Source: a virus
Taxonomy: Duplodnaviria; Caudoviricetes
Direction: 5' to 3' (one strand)
IMG/VR virus record: IMGVR_UViG_3300002171_000008
Span: 272-64,271 of that record
Length of the DNA stretch: 64,000 nucleotides
Within the stretch, counting starts at the first letter, position 1, and each line of letters opens with the position of its first letter. Positions 1 to 7,413 of the stretch are shown here, one piece after another. The notes under the pieces were generated by a model. It ran no database searches. It saw only the letters and a list, made by a program, of their open reading frames with translations, and was not told where the DNA came from. Made by a program: the position numbers and the translations under genes.

Positions 1-343
1 AGAGGCAAACCCGCAATACCGGGGCTTCAAGGCCGGCATTATCATTTCCAAAGGCGATGAGCTGACCTACCGTGAGGGCACATTCCAGCGAAAGGGCGAA
101 ACCCTGGAGGGCGGATGGTGCGAAGTCTACCGGGCAGATCGCGATGAGCCAATTAGGTCAGAAGTCTCATTGGTCGAATATGACAAGGGCTTTGGGCTAT
201 GGGGTCAGGGTAAGAAAGCAACCATGATCAGAAAGGTAAGTGTAGTCCAGGCGCACAGAGAAGGATTTCCGACCGATCTATCCGGGTGCTATGACAGAGA
301 TGAGTTGGGCATTGATCCATCTAATGAGGTGTCGTCTACATGA
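1..343 (+). CDS. bet: 3' part of Bet/RecT-family recombinase (partial copy of 59180-60043)
   Basis: Same sequence as 59701-60043. Confidence 0.85.
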   Translation, partial: EANPQYRGFKAGIIISKGDELTYREGTFQRKGETLEGGWCEVYRADRDEPIRSEVSLVEYDKGFGLWGQGKKATMIRKVSVVQAHREGFPTDLSGCYDRDELGIDPSNEVSST

Positions 344-480
344 GAGTCAAATGCCCAACATGTGACGGATTCTGCAAGGTCCGGGATGAGCACATTGTGT
401 ACCCGGCACCATATGAGCGTGCGAATTCCCCGCTCGTGGTTTGTGAAACGTGTGGCGGTAATGGGTGGGTGGACCAATGA
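340..480 (+). CDS. Small Zn-finger protein (CxxCxG...CxxCxGxG, DnaJ-CRD-like), 46 aa
   Basis: Hand translation MRVKCPTCDGFCK...VCETCGGNGWVDQ; ATGA overlaps at both ends. Confidence 0.7.
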   Translation: MRVKCPTCDGFCKVRDEHIVYPAPYERANSPLVVCETCGGNGWVDQ

Positions 481-1238
481 CGCCTCCCATTTTTCACCTA
501 GATGACGAAGTGGAAACGGCCAACGGAACGCGATTCGAGATATCGCAGATCTGGAAGAGAAAAGACGGCTCTTTCTGGTATGCACGCGAAGGAATGTGCT
601 ATCATCCTGCCAGCTCCCTTCGATTGGTGGAAGAGCTAAAGATATGCGATTATGTGCAAATTGTTGGCCTATCCACGAGCGGTGATGCTAACTTTCCCGG
701 TACAATCGGGCAAATCGAGCGAACTGTGGGCACCAAATTCATAGTCGATAAATCTCCATATTTCTATCCACCAGAGAGCCTGCGAAAGCTCACTCCGGAA
801 GAAGTGCAAGCCCATCGGAATCCCGGAAAACCTACATACGAATATCCAATCACACCAGCAAAAGATTTTGATGATTTGACTCTCAGAGACATTGCCCGGA
901 TGTCTGGCATCTGCAAAAACGAGCATGGTGTCTGGATAAGTACTTTACTTGGAAGGGCACATAAAAACGAGGAGCGGCTATCTGCCATCGAGAAGCAACT
1001 GGAAGAGCAACAGGAAAAGATCGGTCAATTCAATGGAGAGATCGGCCACTTGATCGGATCAATTCAAGAATGTCTGATAGAAGCCGGGAATGTCGAAGCA
1101 AGGACGAAATGCCGCGAAATGGAGATCGAGAAACGCCTTGCCTTTGTCGAAAAAATCCAACGCGACCAAGACGACCTGATAGGCCGCGCAATTCGGGACG
1201 GAGTGGTTGAGATACTGGATTTTAGGAGGAAAGCATGA
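477..1238 (+). CDS. Hypothetical protein, SH3/KOW-like N-terminal modules plus C-terminal coiled coil
   Basis: ORF track; start moved to ATG 477 overlapping the upstream stop. Confidence 0.7.
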   Translation: MTPPIFHLDDEVETANGTRFEISQIWKRKDGSFWYAREGMCYHPASSLRLVEELKICDYVQIVGLSTSGDANFPGTIGQIERTVGTKFIVDKSPYFYPPESLRKLTPEEVQAHRNPGKPTYEYPITPAKDFDDLTLRDIARMSGICKNEHGVWISTLLGRAHKNEERLSAIEKQLEEQQEKIGQFNGEIGHLIGSIQECLIEAGNVEARTKCREMEIEKRLAFVEKIQRDQDDLIGRAIRDGVVEILDFRRKA

Positions 1239-1561
1239 ACCAGATACTCTTCTCCCATTTTTATTCCAAGTTCCCTCGTGATTACCAATATTCCAAGCTA
1301 CTTCAGGTACTACCTATCCAGCTTGCAGAGCTATCCCCGGAATTTAGGCGATACGATACGACTTATCTCGATGGTGGAGAAGAAAAACAATATCCTCTGC
1401 CAGCCAAAGGCAACTATATGCTCCTCCTATTGCAGGGCGGATCTGGTCATGGGAAGCTGTGGACTACCATTAGGTCGCAGACAGGAAAGGGTGGCTTGGA
1501 CAAAATGACATATTACAAGTCTCTTGTGGGTGAAATATTTGAGTGCGATGTGGTAGAATGA
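1235..1561 (+). CDS. Hypothetical protein
   Basis: ATGA overlap with upstream gene, GGAGG SD. Confidence 0.7.
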   Translation: MNQILFSHFYSKFPRDYQYSKLLQVLPIQLAELSPEFRRYDTTYLDGGEEKQYPLPAKGNYMLLLLQGGSGHGKLWTTIRSQTGKGGLDKMTYYKSLVGEIFECDVVE

Positions 1562-1873
1562 CCTGGACAGATGAAGACGTTGTATTGATCGCCGGGATCG
1601 CTGGCATAATCGTGGCAGCATGCGTCGCTTACATGCTCGGTTACTGGGATGGCTATCATGCTATCTGTGTGGGAGGGCAACCATGAACGATGAGTTCTAT
1701 CTATCCAGAAAAGAGTTCGCTGCAATGCAAAGTTTCATGGGAGGGCATGACCATGATAGATTGTTCTGATTGCCCGGACCTGAAATGCGAATATTCCCTG
1801 AACCTGATCTGGTATTGCAAACATGATGCGGCGCACACGAGTTGTAACAAGATGCTAATGCCGGGGGGAAAGG

Positions 1874-2632
1874 ATGCACGAAAAAATAAAATGTTGCATG
1901 GCTCCTGGTGAAGCCTCCCGTGAACAGGATTTGCGGATTGCGCTTTCACATGATCCGCGATTCGAGCCGCTACAGATCGATTCATCCATTCCGGTAGATG
2001 TCCAGTTTACAGGAACTCCCCGATACATCGGGCACGATCTCATGGGAGATGAATATGTTGTAAATATATTTAACTGTGAATTAAAAGAATGTTCCGACTA
2101 CATTTCATCCGCATTAGGAAAAGATGGTCACCTATATTGTCAGCATCTATCCATGAGGGAATCCGGCCATCCCGCGATGATCCTGGTTCTTGGTAGCGAC
2201 CTAGATGTCTCAAATGCAATCATAGACTCATTGCAGACCAGGTATAGAGGAAAAGAGCTTGCATTCCAGATTAGCAACTATGAAGCCAGATTGCAGGACT
2301 TCGAAGCTAGGTCGTTTGCTAACGGAATTCCTGTCATGAGGTGGAAGGCTCATCCATTTAGCCGGTTGCTCTCAACCGCGGCTCAGGTGTTGGGCGATCC
2401 ATCCATGATGGGGTATGGCCCGAAGCCTGCAAATGGAGAACGGGATTTGGTGGCGGCAAGCCTGTTATTTCGCGGTATAGGGGCGAAAACACTGGAGCCA
2501 GTCATGTCAGAATATCGGCTTGCTCTTGTGCCGAAGGGCGAATATGCCAGGCAGCCGCTAGACATGGATGGCATAGGACCGAAGAGGGCAAAGCTGATTG
2601 AAGAGAGAATAGTGATGCATTATGTCAGATGA
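1874..2632 (+). CDS. ERCC4/XPF-like structure-specific nuclease with C-terminal HhH motifs
   Basis: ELKECSDYISSALGKDGHLYCQ resembles the ERKxxxD..S..DG.L..Q signature; GIGAKT and GIGPKRA HhH hairpins. Confidence 0.65.
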   Translation: MHEKIKCCMAPGEASREQDLRIALSHDPRFEPLQIDSSIPVDVQFTGTPRYIGHDLMGDEYVVNIFNCELKECSDYISSALGKDGHLYCQHLSMRESGHPAMILVLGSDLDVSNAIIDSLQTRYRGKELAFQISNYEARLQDFEARSFANGIPVMRWKAHPFSRLLSTAAQVLGDPSMMGYGPKPANGERDLVAASLLFRGIGAKTLEPVMSEYRLALVPKGEYARQPLDMDGIGPKRAKLIEERIVMHYVR

Positions 2633-2660
2633 TAACAAGCCGGGTTGGGATGGTGTATAA

Positions 2661-2918
2661 ATGATTATATACAAATATCAATTGGTATTGGTAGAATCTC
2701 AATATGTGGCAATGCCAGAGGGCGCCAATGTTTTGTCAGTCGGATTGCAGAACGGAATTATTACCATTTGGGCCAAAGTTAACCCCAACAATCCGAGCAT
2801 TGCGTACGCATTTTATATTGTGGGCACCGGCGGCGAAGTGCCTGGCAACACTGAATTTATAGGAACTGTGATGCAAGATAGATTCGTCTGGCATGTATTT
2901 CAGGGGCAATCTACTTGA
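2661..2918 (+). CDS. Conserved viral hypothetical protein (IYKY...MP.GA.VLSV...GTG...GTV..FVWHVF family)
   Basis: Motif pattern of a widespread small phage family. Confidence 0.7.
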   Translation: MIIYKYQLVLVESQYVAMPEGANVLSVGLQNGIITIWAKVNPNNPSIAYAFYIVGTGGEVPGNTEFIGTVMQDRFVWHVFQGQST

Positions 2919-3122
2919 GTCCAATTGATAAGCTGGTTGGGAAATCTGCATTGGATAGATTCTCTACGTTGATTACGATTTTCCTCGCTGGATTAAGTTT
3001 CGGCATTGGATTCTGGTTGGCGTATAGGTGGGTTGCATGAATACCGAAACTGAATTCCTCCTGCTATATGTGGGCAGCTTGGTAGTTATATTTTTCATAG
3101 GATTTGCATTGGGGCGGTATCT

Positions 3123-3386
3123 GTGAAAAAATCTGAGCTAGAGGTCACAATCGATGCATTGCGAAAAGAAAACAACAACCTAATTACAGAACTGCTAACC
3201 TTCCAGCCAAAAGCAATCGCCCTGATCAGAGAACGAGATATGATCTTTGACAAAGCCCCATTTCACAAGCCAACCAATGCGGCAGAAGAGTGGCAGGATC
3301 TGGCATTTTGGCTATATACCTATATATGCGAAATGGATTCGCTATGTAGGAACTCAATTGAGGAGGATGAATCGTGTTGTGCTTGA
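3123..3386 (+). CDS. Hypothetical protein
   Basis: ORF track, co-oriented cluster. Confidence 0.55.
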   Translation: MKKSELEVTIDALRKENNNLITELLTFQPKAIALIRERDMIFDKAPFHKPTNAAEEWQDLAFWLYTYICEMDSLCRNSIEEDESCCA

Positions 3387-3486
3387 AATGTCGGCGCTAT
3401 TGGGTGTATTTGGATCACCCAAACGTGTGCCCGGATTGTGGCGGGCCATTGGGAAAGAAAGAATTGGTCACGCGGATACGGATTAG

Positions 3487-3795
3487 GTGGTTAATATGAT
3501 AGAGCCCACTTCCAGATTATTGCATTCCATCGAAAAAGACAACCAGACCCCCGAGCTACGGACCCTCATCTTGCAAAAAGAGATTGCTCAGGTGGGCTAT
3601 AGGTTGGTCAGATGCCATAGGACGCCACAGGACGCGGCCATATATATGGCTGATATCGGGCTTGAAATCGGTCACGCAATGGTACAGCTCGAAATGCTGG
3701 CATTGGATCTCGGATTGGCGCCGGAAGACTGCAAGCAATTGGGATTAGCAACTACCTGGCAACGTTTCAAGGAGTTTTGGCCAAATGATGATTAA
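3487..3795 (+). CDS. Hypothetical helical protein, possibly degenerate MazG-like
   Basis: EIGHAMVQLEMLALDLGL resembles the MazG ExxD helix; AGGTGG SD. Confidence 0.5.
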   Translation: MVNMIEPTSRLLHSIEKDNQTPELRTLILQKEIAQVGYRLVRCHRTPQDAAIYMADIGLEIGHAMVQLEMLALDLGLAPEDCKQLGLATTWQRFKEFWPNDD

Positions 3796-4183
3796 TTATG
3801 GCGGTTGTGTCCCCCTATCATGCATCGACTATCCAGGCTTCGCCGCAATGACAATATTTTTACGAGGTTGTCATGTGCACTGCCCCGGCTGTCACAACAA
3901 ACATCTGTGGGAAGGCAGCGATATGCGGGATGAGAGCGAAATTTTCCAAATGATAGACTCGGCAGGTGACATGATAAGTGCGGTCGTCATCAGTGGCGGA
4001 GAGCCACTTGAGCAGCCGGATGCAATCAGGTCCATTTCACAGTATGCTCATGGAAAGGGCTTGCTTGTCGGTCTGCATACCAGTGGGCGCGGTGATCTGG
4101 CAGATGTGATCGAGTGCGCCGATATGATCCTATTATCGCGACCGGAACGGCAACCCTGGAATGCGGGGGAACCTACATGCTAA
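3785..4183 (+). CDS. nrdG: Radical-SAM NrdG-like (anaerobic RNR activase-like) protein, short
   Basis: IFLRGCHVHCPGCHN (CxxxCxxC), VVISGGEP, N-terminal GG.VPLS.IDYPG. Confidence 0.75.
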   Translation: MMINYGGCVPLSCIDYPGFAAMTIFLRGCHVHCPGCHNKHLWEGSDMRDESEIFQMIDSAGDMISAVVISGGEPLEQPDAIRSISQYAHGKGLLVGLHTSGRGDLADVIECADMILLSRPERQPWNAGEPTC

Positions 4184-4258
4184 ATCATGGCAGTCGTCCC
4201 GCCACCAAGCACAAAGGTCACAAGCAGGCTAGTAAGGAAATATCGAGGTGAATTGTAG

Positions 4259-4540
4259 ATGAATAGAGATGAGTTTCGCCGCACAATAGCGGCGGCTGGG
4301 TTATACGATCATATAGAAGAAATTGAGAATTGTATCGTTGGCATGACAGAAACGCGTTTTGCACCCGACCAAATCGGAGAACTCCGCGAAGCTGCGATAC
4401 AATATCTGTGCGTTTGCACCGATTACAAAAAGCTTCGGGGCTTCTTGGTTGAATGCGACAACCTGAATAAATCTTATTGCCTGTCGTGGGATGAATCGGT
4501 CGCGATTGTGATTAGGATTGTAGCGGGGTGGGCCACATGA
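4259..4540 (+). CDS. Hypothetical protein
   Basis: ORF track, GAGGTG SD. Confidence 0.6.
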   Translation: MNRDEFRRTIAAAGLYDHIEEIENCIVGMTETRFAPDQIGELREAAIQYLCVCTDYKKLRGFLVECDNLNKSYCLSWDESVAIVIRIVAGWAT

Positions 4541-4776
4541 ATGCCACCTCCTCAATTGGCTGGTATCTTCTGGAGCACAAGATAGATCCGGCCATCTTAT
4601 CCGGCTTTCCAAAACGGCTGTCCGAGCTACCTCCTCACCTGGTCACGAGGTTGTCTGCCAATGGCATGATCCGGAAGCATGAGCGGGTTCGGGATAGGAA
4701 TTGCTATAGGTGGTTGTGGGCGGCCGGGCCGAGGTTGCCGGGATTGTTGTGCTGGATGGGTAAGCGAAAACGTTAA
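4537..4776 (+). CDS. Small winged-helix-like protein (paralogous to 40956-41402)
   Basis: SELP..L..LS.N..I......W pattern shared with the 40956 ORF; ATGA overlap. Confidence 0.5.
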   Translation: MNATSSIGWYLLEHKIDPAILSGFPKRLSELPPHLVTRLSANGMIRKHERVRDRNCYRWLWAAGPRLPGLLCWMGKRKR

Positions 4777-4777
4777 C

Positions 4778-4783
4778 TTTTTT
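4778..4783 (+). terminator. Archaeal-type T-tract terminator
   Basis: TTTTTT directly after stop codon 4776. Confidence 0.45.
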
Positions 4784-4807
4784 CTGAATAGTAAGCGATT
4801 GTGCTTA

Positions 4808-4825
4808 CGTAAAAGCTTAAATAGT
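4808..4825 (+). promoter_or_regulatory. BRE-TATA promoter driving the pentamer array cassette
   Basis: cgtAAAAGC-TTAAATAGT; expected TSS ~4845-4850 coincides with the array start. Confidence 0.65.
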
Positions 4826-4846
4826 AATAGATGCTACTATACATTA

Positions 4847-5254
4847 GATGAGGTGCGTCTAGTCGCGTTGAGTCTAGGTGGCCTTGTTGCAGCGGGGCAG
4901 TTGCGGTTAGTCAAGTCCGGTCCTGTTATGTAGGGTCGACGCATGGCAGTTCCGTTGGGTCAGGGCAAGTCGGGTCAAGGCGGTGTATGGCTAGGCAGTT
5001 GAGGTTCGGCACGTCGTGTCTTGTTACGTATTGGCAAGGCAGTTTCGGTAAGTCGTGGCTAGGTAGGCACGGCAGCCGAGTTAGGTCGGGTCGAGTTATG
5101 TCCTGGTAGGGCGCGGCAGTTCTGTCATGTCCAGTCCTGGATAGGTGTGTCATGGAAGGCAGTTAGGTCAGGTCTTGTCGCGTCCTGCTCAGGCATCACG
5201 AGTCGCGGCAGTCGTGTTCAGTCATGTTGTGTTGAGTTAGGCATGGCAAGGCAG
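4847..5254 (+). ncRNA. Putative precursor of multiple guide-like RNAs (VIPR-like)
   Basis: Non-coding periodic array between a promoter and a RAMP-like gene; RNA function is inferred. Confidence 0.65.
4852..5254 (+). repeat. Array of 9 units made of GKY-NN pentamers separated by GGCA
   Basis: GGCAG at 4896, 4945, 4994, 5038, 5071, 5115, 5158, 5207, 5250; 54 of 62 full pentamers in units 2-9 start GTY or GGY. Confidence 0.92.
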
Positions 5255-5273
5255 TCTATAGGAGAGATAACCA

Positions 5274-5903
5274 ATGGTTACAAAAGCAAAGAAAACTGAG
5301 GTCCCTTCGGGGCCTATAACTTTGAAAAGAATAGAACTAAAGACATTGGAAATACCCATCATTGGTATTAGCGAACTCATAGTTCACCAATGGTCCGAGA
5401 AGGCCAAAAGGCAAATGCTAGAGAAGCAAATGGCTCCCGGCATCAAAAGTAAACGCGAAGCCAAAGACCCCATAGCAGACTATGAAAGCACAAAATATAA
5501 GATGGCAGACGGCTCAGATGGATTCCCGTCAGTGGCCTTCAAGCAGGCGATGGTTGATGCTCTGAGATTCTACGAGGGAGTTACTATGGTCATGGGCAAG
5601 ATGGCATTTTTCGTAGAGGGCGATCTAATAAAGATCGAAGGCGAACCCCGGATGAGGGAAGATATGGTAAGGCTGGAAACTGGAGTTGCAGATATCAGGC
5701 ACCGGGCCGGTTATCCCAACTGGTCTGCGATGCTCACCATAACCTACAATCCTGAACTACTCACGGCGGAATCTGTATTGGCCCTGGTAGATGCGGCGGG
5801 CCGTATGGTGGGCGTGGGCGAATGGCGGCCATCTAGTAAGAAGAGGACGGGGCCTTATGGAAGGTTCCAGGTTGATGATAGCAGGTCGGTGGGGCGAACA
5901 TGA
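5274..5903 (+). CDS. Stand-alone Cas7/RAMP-like RNA-binding protein (Vipr-like candidate)
   Basis: LEIPIIGISELIVH (beta1), GFPSVAFKQAM (cf. IPGSSLKG), DIRHRAGYPNW, Gly-rich GVGEWRP...GPYGRFQV; GGAG SD at 5261. Confidence 0.75.
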   Translation: MVTKAKKTEVPSGPITLKRIELKTLEIPIIGISELIVHQWSEKAKRQMLEKQMAPGIKSKREAKDPIADYESTKYKMADGSDGFPSVAFKQAMVDALRFYEGVTMVMGKMAFFVEGDLIKIEGEPRMREDMVRLETGVADIRHRAGYPNWSAMLTITYNPELLTAESVLALVDAAGRMVGVGEWRPSSKKRTGPYGRFQVDDSRSVGRT

Positions 5904-6412
5904 AGAAAACATATGCCTGGAAACGCAGCATGTCACTGAATGCCGAAGTAGCAGGCACGATATTTGAGCGGATAACAAAGGAGCGGGGAAAACTGATTCC
6001 AGCTTACCTGGTAGAAGAAGCTAGACCAGATCAGTCGCCTTTGCATAATCTTTTTGAATGGGATGACACAATTGCCGCCCAACTGCATCGGGAAGAGCAG
6101 GCCAGATCAATAATCAGATGTCATGTGGTTCTGTTGTGCCCGGATGAGACCAAAAAAGAAGACGTGCCCATCCAGGTCAATGCCTCAAATTCTACCAGGT
6201 CTTTCGTGAATATCCGGCAACCAAACGGCGAAAAGAATTATGTCGCTATCACGGTCGTGATGGAAGACGACGCGATGAGGGAGCAATACATCAGAAGAGC
6301 CTATCAGGAACTTAACGATTGGGCAATCAGATACAAATCGATCACGGCATTTGCTGAAATCATTGGCATGATAAAGAAAACCAATCTTAATAAGATTTTG
6401 GCGGTGAAGTGA
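5900..6412 (+). CDS. Conserved viral partner protein (SPLH..FEWDD..AA...R..QAR..IR family)
   Basis: Family motif recognised; ATGA translational coupling to the RAMP-like gene. Confidence 0.75.
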   Translation: MKKTYAWKRSMSLNAEVAGTIFERITKERGKLIPAYLVEEARPDQSPLHNLFEWDDTIAAQLHREEQARSIIRCHVVLLCPDETKKEDVPIQVNASNSTRSFVNIRQPNGEKNYVAITVVMEDDAMREQYIRRAYQELNDWAIRYKSITAFAEIIGMIKKTNLNKILAVK

Positions 6413-6416
6413 TCAC

Positions 6417-6428
6417 TTTTCTATTTTT
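6417..6428 (+). terminator. T-tract terminator closing the cassette
   Basis: TTTTCTATTTTT after stop 6412. Confidence 0.5.
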
Positions 6429-6456
6429 GGTAAGTATATTTGCTAACCATACATAC

Positions 6457-6470
6457 GAAGCTATAAATAG
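6457..6470 (+). promoter_or_regulatory. BRE-TATA promoter
   Basis: GAAGC-TATAAATAG upstream of 6492. Confidence 0.5.
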
Positions 6471-6491
6471 AATGAGATACATCTGTCACAT

Positions 6492-6776
6492 GTGCACCCT
6501 TACCGACCGCGAGGACGTTTAGCGCATGAAGGCCGCTCAAGCCGGGTAGGTCAAGCCTGGACGCAAAACAAAGTTTGGGTTTTCAATAACGATTTTGGTG
6601 TAGCAAAAAAGCTCCCACTTGGTCTGTTCGAATGTCCTAAATGTGGTTTTGTAGTCGAGATGGACAAGAGAGGGTTTGCATTTTGCCCGGACTGTGGCGC
6701 GATTTTCAATGAGAACATAGCTCCACAAAAGGAAACTAAACGGAATATTCATGCAATCATGAGATCTGTAGCATAG
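6492..6776 (+). CDS. Zn-ribbon protein
   Basis: CPKCG...CPDCG; true start may be downstream. Confidence 0.55.
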   Translation: MHPYRPRGRLAHEGRSSRVGQAWTQNKVWVFNNDFGVAKKLPLGLFECPKCGFVVEMDKRGFAFCPDCGAIFNENIAPQKETKRNIHAIMRSVA

Positions 6777-7413
6777 GGCGGGGGCCTGATCCCCTCGGAA
6801 TGGACTACCCATTCATGGTATGCTAACAGCATCGAGGTTCATATGGAAGAAGACACTTATGCCCCATCCACCAAACCGCTACTTGTCGCGGGCCGCCTAT
6901 CTCATCCCGATTTTGAACCAAGCAAGATTAAGCTGCCCAACCTGTTAGAAATTTGCGGGATGCAAAGGAATAAATAGGTTGGCTGTATAGGTTACTTGTC
7001 TTTATCCAAGACCATCGGCCGGTGTTCATTGGCCCAACTTTGGACACCGGCCCTCATAGTCTCATGTAGACACTCCATAGGTAGCATATCGCTACCTATA
7101 TTATTGTCATCGCGAGCGCCAACTCGCTTTCGACTCCAGGGGAAACATCGGAGATGCATGAAATAGGGCATCCTGCATATCGCGAGTAATCGCATGCGAA
7201 GTACCCTGGCTATCCTTGTTATCCAAGGTCGATAACAGTCCCTTCGTCGCCTGCCGCCGGGCGGCAAAACCAATACGGCAGCATCCTCGTTTTTATGCCG
7301 AAATTCACAAAAGCTAAACAGGGGTTGTGCAAATCACCATGACTGGATCACGCACGACCCATGCGATTCTTGGGCCTGGATATGCCTTGAAACTATCCAT
7401 CGCCGAGCCACCC

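Larger units (their letters stand above)
1..4300. repeat. Direct repeat of 59701-64000 (circular wrap; unit genome ~59,700 bp)
   Basis: Sequence lines and ORF translations at 1-4300 recur at +59,700; the Bet ORF 59180-60043 runs through the junction. Confidence 0.97.

Noticed and set aside
4926-5153. 75-aa minus-strand ORF, and the overlapping plus-strand ORF 4679-4933
   Set aside because: Low-complexity shadow translations (TRPD/LPC repeats) of the pentamer array; a 5-nt period does not fit coding.
4852-5254. Canonical CRISPR mini-array or TIGR array interpretation
   Set aside because: No 23-47 bp identical or palindromic repeats, no box C/D-like motifs, no Nop-domain or cas1/2 gene; the conserved element is a 4-5 nt separator plus a 3-nt periodic scaffold.
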